Position numbers and translations under genes: made by a program
From: Vicinamibacterales bacterium
GTDB lineage: Bacteria > Acidobacteriota > Vicinamibacteria > Vicinamibacterales > JAMQPK01
Assembly: GCA_963761975.1 (NCBI GenBank)
Contig: CAVXIR010000004.1
Coordinates: forward strand, 1,219,148 to 1,283,147
Length of the DNA: 64,000 bases
Reading direction: 5' to 3'
Part shown: positions 46,314-55,985 of the stretch, piece after piece
How the letters are laid out: every line of letters begins with the position of its first letter
How positions within the stretch are numbered: the first letter of the stretch is position 1
Notes under the pieces: generated by a model
What the model was told of the DNA's origin: nothing
Seen by the model: only the letters and a program-made list of their open reading frames with translations
Database searches by the model: none

Positions 46314-47333
46314 TCATCTGTCGATACCGAGGACCTCGATGCCGAAGGACGGTGTTGTGGCCGATTGCACCATGCCGACACCGGGCGTGAGCTCGACGCT
46401 TCCTAACGTGCGCGGCGCAGTGCCCGGTTCATCGAGCTCATAGATGACGACCTTCACCGTGTTCACCGATGGGTTGTCGTCCACAAATGGCGCAAAGCCG
46501 AACTTCGACATCGCCGGGTGCTCCGTCCGGCCAATTCCGCCGTTTGCATTTATTCGCAGGAGAACCAATGTCTCGTCGGGCATTTTGATTCTCAGCTGTA
46601 CCTGCGTCCTCAGCGAGAAATTGATGGTCACCGTCATAACAACCGGAACGGCGGCGCCATTCAGCAGCGTTGGCGTGTACTGCCATTGCTTCACCGCATC
46701 CACGGCAGCCTGATCGAGCAAAGGGATGGATCGCAGGAGGCGCGTGTCGCTGACGTTGCCGTTCTCGTCGATTCTGGTCTCGATGATCACGACACCCTGC
46801 ACGCGCGCCTGCTGCGCCATGGGCGGGTAGACAGGAGGCACGTCTTTGATTTTTCTGGGAGCCCTCAGGTCGCCACCGATGCGAACCCCGGCAAGCGGTG
46901 GCTCAGCGTTTGCCGCACCGAAGGGCGCAACGGAAAAGACCCGCGGCTGCGATGGGGCGCCCGGATCGAATAGTGAAACGCGCACGCCCCAAGAGTCGCC
47001 CGAAATACGGTACTCGACGCCCACGCGCAGCGCCGTCGTCCCAGAGCCGGTTTCGAATTTCAAGCCAAGCGCCGCCTTGAACGCCGACGCGCGCAGTTCC
47101 TGTGGACCGCTCACGACCGCGCCCGTTGTAACGTCACCTGCCGGACTGACGACGATGTCGACGAGAACGGTGCCGCTGATGCCTTTCTCGATCGCGTCCT
47201 GCGGATATTCCGCATAGATCTTGTTGATCTGCTTGCGCCCTTCGACAGGCTCAGGGCGTCCCGAGCTTGTCGAGGGCGGCGCGGCTGACGATGGCCGCTG
47301 TCCTTGCGCTGGGGCCCGGCTGAAGCCGGGCAT
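46314..47333 (-). CDS. TonB C-terminal-domain protein (two TonB_C-like domains plus an extra ~100-aa C-terminal domain)
   Basis: 339 aa; the ATG overlaps the BlaR1 stop (TAATG). Motifs: YPQDAIEKGISGTVLVDIVVSPAGDVT and PVYPPMAQQARVQGVVIIETRIDENGNVSDTRLLRS...AVKQWQYTPTLLNGAAVPVVMTVTINF. The N-terminal region is low-complexity Pro/Ser. Confidence 0.7.
   Translation of the reverse strand: MPGFSRAPAQGQRPSSAAPPSTSSGRPEPVEGRKQINKIYAEYPQDAIEKGISGTVLVDIVVSPAGDVTTGAVVSGPQELRASAFKAALGLKFETGSGTTALRVGVEYRISGDSWGVRVSLFDPGAPSQPRVFSVAPFGAANAEPPLAGVRIGGDLRAPRKIKDVPPVYPPMAQQARVQGVVIIETRIDENGNVSDTRLLRSIPLLDQAAVDAVKQWQYTPTLLNGAAVPVVMTVTINFSLRTQVQLRIKMPDETLVLLRINANGGIGRTEHPAMSKFGFAPFVDDNPSVNTVKVVIYELDEPGTAPRTLGSVELTPGVGMVQSATTPSFGIEVLGIDR
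47237..47277. repeat. REP-like imperfect palindrome inside the N-terminal linker of the TonB-C gene
   Basis: GCCCTTCGACAGGCTCAGGG cgt CCCGAGCTTGTCGAGGGC. The arms are complementary apart from two unpaired bases and one mismatch. It translates as ...STSSGRPEPVEGR.... From memory, this resembles a palindromic repeat often translated as FDKLR / PSTSSG / EPVEG in soil-bacterial genomes. Confidence 0.5.
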
Positions 47334-48442
47334 TACCGGAGACCGGACGTCCGGCCAGAGCTGGACGAGCCGGAAGTCTCAGAAGTCCGGCTATCCGCCA
47401 TCGCTCCATCAAGTGCCGCGGGTTGTGAAGCGCCCCGCCCAAGGCCTGGCGAAGGCGGGAAGCCGGACGCCACGTACCGTGGCGTCGCCTGCAGCGGCAC
47501 CGCCCAAGCGCCCACGGAGGCGGTTGCCGCAATCACGCTAAGCAATACGAACCCAGCGGCGACGGCGCGCCCGCGTGACATAGAGACCTCCTCGAGGACG
47601 GCATCAATGCGCGTCCGAAGCTCGCGCGAGCTCGACATCCCCGTGCTCAAGTGCGGAACTAGGTCGTGACCTGACAGCTCGATCAGGCATCGTACATACA
47701 CCTCGCGGTGCCCGATGAGCTCGATCACACGTCGATCAACCACCTGCTCTCGCGCGACACGAATGCGCGAGCGTAGCAGCCACACCCACGGATGGAACCA
47801 CAGCAGCGTCGCCACGATCTCTTCAATGGCGGCAATCAACGCATCTCGACGTTTCACATGCAGCAGCTCGTGACACACGATCGCCCGCTGTCTGGTGCCG
47901 TCAACGGACGAGAAATTCGACGGCAACACGACGATCGCCCCGAAAACCCCGAAGGTTGCAGGACTCGCTCGCTCGGGATGCTCGAAATATCGAGGCACCA
48001 CGCCGAACATCCCTTCGAGATCGCGCGCAACGTCGGGCGCTGGAATTTCGCGTGCCTGAGCCCGGAATCGACGCAGGCGGATGAGGCCGCCACAGAGCCA
48101 CAACAGCCTGAGGGCAATACCGGCAAGGACGAGGCCGAGCACGACAACGCCAGCATCGAATTGTGAGGAAGGTGGCGGCTCGGCGGTCGTCGCAAGAAGT
48201 CGATACCTGTCAGCTCCAACGGAGACCGTCACGGCGGTGGCTCCAGCGGGCGATTCCGCAGGCCGTCGCGGCTGCATCAGCGGGAGCAGCAGCGTGGACG
48301 CGAGCGTCAAATGGAGCGCCGCCAGCTTGAGACGCGGCTCCCCCGCTCTGAGAAGCCGCATCGCGATGAGCGCTGCAACGACCAGCAGGCCCGATTGAAC
48401 CCAATGCGCGGCTACGTTCCTCGCGAGCAGTTCAGCGTTCAT
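47333..48442 (-). CDS. BlaR1-like M56 family metallopeptidase (signal-transducing anti-repressor)
   Basis: 369 aa. It has N-terminal TM helices, the zinc site CHELLHVKRRD (HExxH), and a WFHPWVW motif. It lies immediately downstream of, and overlaps by 11 nt, the BlaI-family repressor gene. Confidence 0.8.
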   Translation of the reverse strand: MNAELLARNVAAHWVQSGLLVVAALIAMRLLRAGEPRLKLAALHLTLASTLLLPLMQPRRPAESPAGATAVTVSVGADRYRLLATTAEPPPSSQFDAGVVVLGLVLAGIALRLLWLCGGLIRLRRFRAQAREIPAPDVARDLEGMFGVVPRYFEHPERASPATFGVFGAIVVLPSNFSSVDGTRQRAIVCHELLHVKRRDALIAAIEEIVATLLWFHPWVWLLRSRIRVAREQVVDRRVIELIGHREVYVRCLIELSGHDLVPHLSTGMSSSRELRTRIDAVLEEVSMSRGRAVAAGFVLLSVIAATASVGAWAVPLQATPRYVASGFPPSPGLGRGASQPAALDGAMADSRTSETSGSSSSGRTSGLR

Positions 48443-48827
48443 CGGCGTCCTCGCTTTTTCGCAACTTCAGCTGTGCCGCGATTTCCTGCAAGTCGTCTTC
48501 CGTGAGGTGGCGATCGCGAACCAGATGCTGCACGAGCGGCTCCGCGGCGCCGCCGAACACCCGATCCACGAACTCGTGCACCATTTCGGCCAGCACTCGC
48601 TGGCGCGCACGGGCGGGCCGATAAACAAACGCGCGATCGGCGCGGCTGACCTTCAGGTGCCCTTTCCGCTCCAGAATCCGCATCATTGTCATCACCGTCG
48701 TGTAGGCGATTTGCCTGCGCTCGCGGAGCGTCTCGTAGACATCGCGCACGGTCGCGCTCTCGCGCTCCCAGACGACTTTCATGATCTCGAGCTCCTGCTC
48801 GGTCAGAACCGGCGGCTGCTTGGCCAT
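48432..48827 (-). CDS. BlaI/MecI/CopY-family transcriptional repressor
   Basis: 131 aa. LTEQELEIMKVVWERESATVRDVYETLRERRQIAYTTVMTMMRILERKGHLKV is the penicillinase-repressor winged helix. Confidence 0.9.
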   Translation of the reverse strand: MAKQPPVLTEQELEIMKVVWERESATVRDVYETLRERRQIAYTTVMTMMRILERKGHLKVSRADRAFVYRPARARQRVLAEMVHEFVDRVFGGAAEPLVQHLVRDRHLTEDDLQEIAAQLKLRKSEDADER

Positions 48828-48832
48828 TTGTC

Positions 48833-48870
48833 TACTAATCAGTTAGTACTAAAGCAATGATTCGTGTCAA
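48833..48870 (-). promoter_or_regulatory. blaI promoter with an overlapping dyad operator
   Basis: On the minus strand: TTGACA (48870-48865), a 16-nt spacer, then TACTAA (48848-48843). The dyad TACTAA-N4-TTAGTA (48833-48848) covers the -10 element and ends 6 nt before the ATG at 48827. Confidence 0.5.
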
Positions 48871-48934
48871 GCGGATTTTCGGGGGCGTGAGGGCTATGGC
48901 GAGATTGGGCTGACCTGAAGGTCAGCACCACGCT

Positions 48935-50866
48935 TTACTTCAGCTGCCAGCTTTCATCGAAGAAGCCGGACGTCGCCACTTCTCCTTTGACCGAGACAAC
49001 CGCGTAATCACCCAACCTGGGGAAGAACATCGACTCGGTAGTTGCCGCTATCCGATCGACGCTGAAGGTATGACCGCTATTGATGACGACGTAACGCTCC
49101 GGGTTCAGCGGATTCGGATAAATCATCACAAGAGCACGGGTCGCGGCGGGAAATGTCTGCGCGCCGACGGCGATTTCGCGTTGCGTCCACTGAATGGGCA
49201 TTCGACTCATGACTTTCGCGATCATCGTGTTGCTGCCGGGATCGCCGAACAGGATGAGGTTGTACTTCGCGATGTCTTCCGGCAACACGGCAACGTCGTC
49301 TTTCACGCGGATGTCGCCACGCACCCACTTCGCGAATTCCGATTTCAGCGTGTCGAATCGGCCCTGCGCGTAGTCGTGCACAGCCGGGTTCCACGGCCGG
49401 CCAGTGCCACGGACGGCAAGAAATCCTTCCATGAACGCATCGTCAATCGGACCCTGCAGCCCATGAACTTTCCTCAAACCAGCCGGCCGGCCGCGCACGA
49501 TCGTCCACGCGCGATCCTTCTTTTCGAACGTCGGATTGGGCCCGGCTTTGAGCGTCTCCCCATCAATCTCGTAGACAGCTGGGGACGCGGTAAACGTGAG
49601 ACGGTTCACGTTTGTCGTGGTCACGAGATACGACTTCAGGTCGTCTGTGCGCGAGGCATCGACTTCGGCGCGCACGTAATGTTCGTCGAGGCCGCCAATC
49701 GCCACCCAGTGACACTCGTTGAACCGAGTGGTGTAGGTAACGCAGCGAATGCGATTCGGCACCTTGTCGGCATCCTGCAACACTCTGCGAATGAAGGCCT
49801 CCGATTCGGCCTTGCTCTCCGGATGCCATGAGTGACCGGTTTTGGGACCCACGAGAAACAGCGCGCGAAGGTCTCTCGTCGTCCAGCGATACGGTGTCTC
49901 CTGTCTGAAGCGGAAACCTTCTTTTATCCACGCATCGCGCATCTCAAACGGACCCGCGTTGCCATCGGTCTCGCCGATGTAGCCCACGGTTGGCACGTTG
50001 AATGCGTTCAGCGCATATTCGACCGCGTCGTAATAGGTCAGCGTCGGCACCTGATAGCCAGGAAGCGGCAGCTTAATCACGCGCTTGGCCTGTGTGTAGG
50101 TCTTGACGTATCCGGCACTCGACTCGACCGCGGCCCATTTGCCGGAGTGCTGCAGGCCCAGGTGCCATGCGCCCTGCCCGCCCATCGAGTGGCCGCGAAT
50201 CACGATTCGCTTCGGATCGATGTTGTAACGGCTTCGGACCGACTCGACCGCTTCGAATACGTCGGTTTCGCCGGCGTAGCGATACGACAGGTTCATGCGG
50301 CCCAGGGGTTCGAGCTGAATGTAGTCCTCAGCCGGGATTTGTGAAGTCTCGTGCGGGGCTTCCTGCTGCGTGAGAAACCGCACTTCGTTGAGCTGCAGTT
50401 GCGTTCCATGCAGCCAGACGTCGAGCCGGATCGGCTTGGAACCGTCGTAGGAAGCCGGGATGGTCAGGCCATAGGGCTGCACGCTGCCGTCGACTCGCGA
50501 CACGTACCCGCGGACAACATGCCCGGCTTTCTTGGCCCACGACGCGGTTCCGCTTTCAAGCTCTTTGACGCGGGCAATACCTGTGTCGAGCGCACGAACC
50601 GTTTCGGGGACGTACGCCGCAGTAAAGAATTCCTCCGGAAATCTCAGAATGAATTGCGCCGCTTTCTGATAGATCGCGACATCGGCCAGCAGTGCTGGAT
50701 CGGAGCGCTTCGCCCTCAGCGCGTCGATCCGCTGCGTCAAATCAGCCAGCTTGGTTTGAATGACGCTTTGGGTGGCCGCGCTCGGTGGGAACGTGCGCTC
50801 GGGTGCCTGTGCGGCAACGATCGTGCTCAGCAGAAGACACAGGAACGCCCTCTTCAACACGAACAT
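48935..50866 (-). CDS. secreted alpha/beta-hydrolase-fold protein (S9 peptidase/esterase-like)
   Basis: 643 aa with a signal peptide. Nucleophile elbow in RIVIRGHSMGGQGAWHLG. The flanking domains are unassigned. Confidence 0.6.
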   Translation of the reverse strand: MFVLKRAFLCLLLSTIVAAQAPERTFPPSAATQSVIQTKLADLTQRIDALRAKRSDPALLADVAIYQKAAQFILRFPEEFFTAAYVPETVRALDTGIARVKELESGTASWAKKAGHVVRGYVSRVDGSVQPYGLTIPASYDGSKPIRLDVWLHGTQLQLNEVRFLTQQEAPHETSQIPAEDYIQLEPLGRMNLSYRYAGETDVFEAVESVRSRYNIDPKRIVIRGHSMGGQGAWHLGLQHSGKWAAVESSAGYVKTYTQAKRVIKLPLPGYQVPTLTYYDAVEYALNAFNVPTVGYIGETDGNAGPFEMRDAWIKEGFRFRQETPYRWTTRDLRALFLVGPKTGHSWHPESKAESEAFIRRVLQDADKVPNRIRCVTYTTRFNECHWVAIGGLDEHYVRAEVDASRTDDLKSYLVTTTNVNRLTFTASPAVYEIDGETLKAGPNPTFEKKDRAWTIVRGRPAGLRKVHGLQGPIDDAFMEGFLAVRGTGRPWNPAVHDYAQGRFDTLKSEFAKWVRGDIRVKDDVAVLPEDIAKYNLILFGDPGSNTMIAKVMSRMPIQWTQREIAVGAQTFPAATRALVMIYPNPLNPERYVVINSGHTFSVDRIAATTESMFFPRLGDYAVVSVKGEVATSGFFDESWQLK

Positions 50867-51017
50867 CCTCCTCCTGCAGCTGGGTCACTCGCGAGTTTAG
50901 CAGAGTCCCAGAAGCGCGTCCTTCGTCCCACCATCGGACGTTTGTCTCGGCCGGTGACGGACGCTTCTGTAATTTAGGCGGGGATCAGGCGGCACGCGGC
51001 TTGATAATGACCGACGC

Positions 51018-53558
51018 ATGCTGAAAGACCTCCGCCACGCCGTTCGTGTGCTGACCCAGGCCAAGGGATGGGCCGTCGTCGTCGTCCTGTCGCTTGCCGT
51101 CGGTATCGGCGCGAATACCGCCGTCTTTACAGCCGTGAACGTGCAGCTTCTGCGCACGCTTCAGGTGGAAGATCCCGATTCGCTGGTTCGCCTTAGATGG
51201 GGCGGCAAAAACGACATGTCGAACGACTCGAGCGACTACGGGTCGAGCGGGCGCGGTGCAGACGGACAAACGGTTCGAGCAACCTTCTCGTACCCCATGT
51301 TCGAGCATTTCAGGTCGGCTAATCAGACGATGACCGATCTTGCGGCCACTCGGCCGATTGGCGGTCTGACGGTCACCATAGACGGGAGGGCAGAAACCGC
51401 GAGCGCGCTCATGGCCACAGGCAACTATCATGCGCTCCTTGGCGTCAGCGCGCGGCTTGGACGCACGCTCCTGCCCGAAGACGACAATCCTTCAGCGCCC
51501 GCCGTCGCCGTGCTGAGCGAGCGTTACTGGCAATCGCGGTTCTCGGCCGATCCGTCGGTCGTTGGCAAGACGATACGAGTCCACGCCATTCCAGTGACCA
51601 TCGTCGGTGTCACCGAGGCGTCCTTTACCGGAACGCAACTTGTGACGGCGCAGCCTGCCGCGCTGTCGATGCCAATCAGGCTGGAGGATCAAATCAGCGG
51701 TGAGGCGCCGCGGCTGAACGATCCGACGGCATGGTGGGTTCAAGTAACCGGCCGGCTCAGGCCCGGCATCACTCCCGATCAGGTGCACGGCAACCTTGGA
51801 TCGGTTTTCCAGCGGCAGGCGCGTGCCGGGTTGGACGCCTATCTCGCATCGGTGACGGATGAAATTCGAAACCGATCGGAGAATCAAGGGCGCTCGGGCG
51901 TCCCTCATCTGCTCGTCGATTCGGCGAGCCGCGGCACGTATGCCGGCGACGCACGCCAGATGAGATCCCTCAACATTCTCGCCGGTATCGTCGGCCTCGT
52001 GCTTGTCCTGGTCTGCGCGAATGTGGCGAATCTTCTGCTCTCACGGGCAACCGGGCGCCAGCGGGAAATTTCCGTCAGGCTGTCGATGGGTGCCACGCGC
52101 GGCCGTGTAATCCGACAACTGCTGACCGAGAGCCTGCTGTTGGCTTCTATTGGTGGAGCGCTTGGGCTGGTGCTGGCCCGCTGGGGACAGTCGCTATTGC
52201 CGGCGCCCGTCGGTAGCACCGCGCCAGCGGACTGGCGCATTCTCCTGTTCACGGCAGGGATGACGGTGCTGGCGGGAATCATCTTCGGCATTGCGCCGGC
52301 GTTGCGCGCAACGAAGATGGATGTGGGCATTGCGCTCAAGGAAAACAGCCGCAGTGTAGCGGCCTCGAACACAATTCTCTCGAGAGCGCTGCTTGTGGTG
52401 CAGGTGTCGATCTCGGTCGTCCTGCTCGTCGGTGCGGGGCTATTCCAGCACACACTGAACAATCTACGGAGCGTCGATGTCGGATTCGATCCTCAAAACC
52501 TTCTGTTCGTCCGCGTGGACGCGGAGGGGGCGGGCCTCAGCGACGAGCGCAGGTTGCAGTTCGTTCAGGACGGCATGAATCGGCTGCAGGCCGTCGCAGG
52601 CGTAAAAGCAGCCACCGTCTCGAGACCGACGTTGCTGTCCGGCAGCGTCAGCACGACGAACATTTTCCTGGCGGGCCGGGAATATCCGCGCGGACGCGCC
52701 GGGTACTCGGCCGATCGGACTGAGATCCACCGCGTGATCGTGGCGCCAAACTATTTTGCGACCATGGGGATACCGCTCGTCGCCGGACGGGCATTCACCG
52801 ACCGCGACGATCGGCGGTCGCCCGGAGTGGCAATTATCAACCAGGCCGCTGCACGGAAGTTCTTTCCGGATGAAAATCCGATCGGCCGCCGCTTTGGAAG
52901 TTCGCTGGAAGATTCCGGCAAAACCGAGGTCGTCGGAGTCCTCCGTGATGTTCCCTACAACAGTCTGCGCGATCCCGCCCCGCCGACGCTGTATGTGCCG
53001 TACCTGCAGACCAATGCTGAAGATCTGGTCTTTACTGTGCGCACGACAGCCGACCCTTCAACGTTGCTCAGTGCTGTGCGTGGGACCATGAGTGCCGTCG
53101 ATCCCAACATTCCGATCGTCACAATCGAAACACAAGTGTCCCAGATCGAGCGCCGCTATGCGCAGGAACAAGTGCTCTGCCAGGCCTACACGTTGTTCGG
53201 CGGCATCGCGCTCTTCGTGGCCGGCATCGGGCTCTTTGGCTTGATGTCGTACAACGTCTCGCGCAGAACGCGCGAGATCGGCATCCGGATGGCGATGGGC
53301 GCCGAACGCGAAGCCGTACTAGGCCTGGTCCTCCGCGAATCGATGCTGCTGGTCTGTGGCGGAATCGTCATCGGCATCGCGGTGGCCGTAGCCGCAGGAA
53401 GACTGGTCGAATCTCAGTTGTTCGGTCTCGAGCCGACCGACCCGGTCACCATGATGCTGGCCATTGCGGTCATGGGGGTCGTATCCGCGGCCGCGGGCTA
53501 TCTGCCGGCACGCCGCGCCACACGCGTCGATCCGATGATCGCTCTGCGGTACGAATAG
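51018..53558 (+). CDS. ADOP-family permease (duplicated MacB-like periplasmic domain + FtsX permease)
   Basis: 846 aa. The family-typical N-terminus MLKDLRHAVRVLTQAKGWAVVVVLSLAVGIGANTAVFTAVN is present. There are two FtsX-type 4-TM modules. The protein ends ...ATRVDPMIALRYE. No adjacent ABC ATPase gene. Confidence 0.9.
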   Translation: MLKDLRHAVRVLTQAKGWAVVVVLSLAVGIGANTAVFTAVNVQLLRTLQVEDPDSLVRLRWGGKNDMSNDSSDYGSSGRGADGQTVRATFSYPMFEHFRSANQTMTDLAATRPIGGLTVTIDGRAETASALMATGNYHALLGVSARLGRTLLPEDDNPSAPAVAVLSERYWQSRFSADPSVVGKTIRVHAIPVTIVGVTEASFTGTQLVTAQPAALSMPIRLEDQISGEAPRLNDPTAWWVQVTGRLRPGITPDQVHGNLGSVFQRQARAGLDAYLASVTDEIRNRSENQGRSGVPHLLVDSASRGTYAGDARQMRSLNILAGIVGLVLVLVCANVANLLLSRATGRQREISVRLSMGATRGRVIRQLLTESLLLASIGGALGLVLARWGQSLLPAPVGSTAPADWRILLFTAGMTVLAGIIFGIAPALRATKMDVGIALKENSRSVAASNTILSRALLVVQVSISVVLLVGAGLFQHTLNNLRSVDVGFDPQNLLFVRVDAEGAGLSDERRLQFVQDGMNRLQAVAGVKAATVSRPTLLSGSVSTTNIFLAGREYPRGRAGYSADRTEIHRVIVAPNYFATMGIPLVAGRAFTDRDDRRSPGVAIINQAAARKFFPDENPIGRRFGSSLEDSGKTEVVGVLRDVPYNSLRDPAPPTLYVPYLQTNAEDLVFTVRTTADPSTLLSAVRGTMSAVDPNIPIVTIETQVSQIERRYAQEQVLCQAYTLFGGIALFVAGIGLFGLMSYNVSRRTREIGIRMAMGAEREAVLGLVLRESMLLVCGGIVIGIAVAVAAGRLVESQLFGLEPTDPVTMMLAIAVMGVVSAAAGYLPARRATRVDPMIALRYE

Positions 53559-53573
53559 GTTTAAGATTGCGCC

Positions 53574-54865
53574 ATGCGAAATGGGGTCCTTCTCTTGGTA
53601 TCGGCCATGCTGATCGCCGCCTACGCGGGGGGGCCGGCCGATGCGCAACAACCCGCGGCAGACGTACCAACGTTCACCAGGGACGTCGCGCCCATTCTGT
53701 TCAAGCACTGCGTCAACTGCCACCGTCCGGGCGAGATGGCCCCGATGTCGCTGCTGACGTACGAGAGCGCGCGTCCCTATGCGCGCGCCATCGCAAACGC
53801 GATCGGCAATCGCACCATGCCGCCATGGCACGCGGACGCGCCCACCGGCACATTCGACAACGAGCGCTCGCTCACGGATCGAGAGCGGCAGACGCTCGTC
53901 GGGTGGTTAACTGGCGGTGCACCGAATGGAGATCCGAAAGACCTGCCGCCACCGCCAACCTTCACCGAAGGCTGGAACCTTGGGAAGCCGGATCTTGTGC
54001 TGGAAATGCAGGAAGACTATCGGCTGCCGGCAAAAGGCACGATCCAGGTACCGAATGGTTCTACATTCCCACGGACTTCAGCGAGCCGAAATGGGTTACG
54101 TCGATCGAGGTCAGGCCGGGCGACCGGACCGCGGTTCATCATGTTCTCGTCTATTACCGCGCAAAGCCCGACTCGACCCGCCAACCGGTTGCACGACCGA
54201 ACCAGAACCATCAATCCAATCCGCCTCCAGACGAGGAGGGCGTAGCCGAGCGGCCGCGCCGTCGTGACCTGAACGCCATGCCAGCCCGGCTCGTCGCCAC
54301 CTATGCACCCGGTACCAATCCGCAGGTCGCGCCGTCGGGAACGGCATTTCGCCTCGAGCCTGGTGGAATCATCGAGCTGCAGATGCATTACACGGCGACT
54401 GGTAAGCCGACGTCCGACCGCACGAAAATCGGCATCACGTTCTCAACCGCATCCGCGCCTCGTGAAGTGCGCGCGCAGCATTTCTTCAACGTGACGATGA
54501 AGCTGCCCGCGGGTGCCGCTGATGTTGCCGTGACAACCGACCTCGAGTTCCTGCAGGACGCGACAGTGTGGGGACTGTTCCCGCATACACACCTCCGCGG
54601 CAAGAAATGGGACTACAAGCTGGTGCTGCCGAACGGCGAAGCGCGGCCGATTCTGTCGGTTCCCCGATACGACTTCAACTGGCAGACCTACTACATGTTC
54701 AAGCAGCCGCTGCAGGTCCCGAAGGGCTCGAAGATTGTGTCGACCGCCTGGTACGACAACTCCGCTGCAAATAAGGCGAATCCCGATCCAGCCAAAGAAG
54801 TGCTGTGGGGCGATCAGACCTGGCAGGAGATGCAGTACACCGGCGTACTTTTAAGCGCGAATTGA
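53574..54865 (+). pseudogene. cytochrome c domain fused to a PHM/DBH-like copper monooxygenase domain; reading frame changes near 54047
   Basis: The N-terminal part is ORF 53574-54245 (signal peptide, CVNCH, MPPWHAD). The C-terminal part is in the frame of ORF 53567-54865 from ~54047. That part carries copper-ligand-like motifs in PHM order: AVHHVLVYY (HH), LQMHYTA (H), FPHTHLRG (HxH), EMQYTG (M). The frames meet at ATC CAG GTA CCG. Confidence 0.7.
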
Positions 54866-54884
54866 GAGATTGGAAGATAGTGTC

Positions 54885-55985
54885 TCACATCAGAGGTCTT
54901 ATCGGTACATTGAGTCGATAAGCCGTGTCGTTCGACGCCACGACCAGTCCGCCGGTCGGATCGAACGCGACACCGACGAGCGACTGACCCGCAACGACGA
55001 GCTCTGTCGTGCCATCCGGCCGAACGCGATAGAGTCCATTCGAACCCGCCAGCGCTTCCACGACGTAGAGCGCCCCTTGCGAATCGAAGGCAATCCCCTG
55101 CGGGCGCCCGAATCGTGAGTAGACGCGGTCGATGGCTCCGGTGTTGGGATCGAGGCGGTACACGTGATCGTATGGTCCGAGCGTCGGCGCTGAAATGTAC
55201 ACGCAGTCGTCGGGCCCGACCGTGAGATGAAATGCCGCCACGCTCGGCGGCAGCGTGGCGATGGCGTTGACGGTTCGATCGCGCCGTACGGCGAACACCG
55301 TGCCGGATCGATCGCCGACATACAGCACGCCGTTCCGGTCGAACGCGAGGCCGCACGCGATGCCAAGATCGCTCGCATACGGCTCGTGCGTGCCGTTCGG
55401 AAAGATGCGATAGATCGACCCTTCGAAACGGCTCGACACATAGAGCTGGCCCGTCTCGTCGAACGTCATCGAAGTCGGGTTCACGATGCCTGAGACGTAC
55501 GACTCGCGGCGTCCGTTCGGACCCACACGAAAGATCGAAACCGGTACTTCCTGGCCACGCGTCCCACTGTACGTAACGTACAGATTTCCTTCACGATCGA
55601 ACACCGGGTTGTCGACCTGATGGAGACCTGTCGCGAGCGGAATGCCGATTTCGAGGAGCGCCGTCTCACCCGGCACGTCAGCGATGCGCACGGCGGTCTG
55701 TCCGCCATCGAGTCCGCCCGGCACAAGGACGGAAATCGTCGACGACGACGCGTACACAGGACGTGCGTGGGTTTCGCCGATTGTGACGTCGGGAAGGTGC
55801 GGTCGATCGACCGGAAACCCGGATCCGTGGATGCTGACACGGCCACCTTCCACGGCCCAGTGAGGTTGAATTGAAGTGAGACGCGTCAAACGATCAACGT
55901 GGAGCTCCGCCCCACACCCCGGCTCATCACGATTCGTCGAGCTCGGCGTTCCAATAGAGGAAATCGCGCCAGCTGTCTGGCGCAT
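54885..55985 (-). CDS. IPT/TIG domain + NHL/SMP-30-like six-bladed beta-propeller protein
   Basis: 366 aa. The Ig-like region is GGRVSIHGSGFPVDRPHLPDVTIGETHARPVYASSSTISVLVPGG. Repeated blade motifs follow: REGNLYVT, TGQLYVSS, RNGVLYVGD, DDCVYISA, QGALYVVE, TGGLVVAS. No signal peptide. The start is uncertain and overlaps the HNH gene 3' end by up to 59 nt. Confidence 0.55.
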   Translation of the reverse strand: MRQTAGAISSIGTPSSTNRDEPGCGAELHVDRLTRLTSIQPHWAVEGGRVSIHGSGFPVDRPHLPDVTIGETHARPVYASSSTISVLVPGGLDGGQTAVRIADVPGETALLEIGIPLATGLHQVDNPVFDREGNLYVTYSGTRGQEVPVSIFRVGPNGRRESYVSGIVNPTSMTFDETGQLYVSSRFEGSIYRIFPNGTHEPYASDLGIACGLAFDRNGVLYVGDRSGTVFAVRRDRTVNAIATLPPSVAAFHLTVGPDDCVYISAPTLGPYDHVYRLDPNTGAIDRVYSRFGRPQGIAFDSQGALYVVEALAGSNGLYRVRPDGTTELVVAGQSLVGVAFDPTGGLVVASNDTAYRLNVPIRPLM

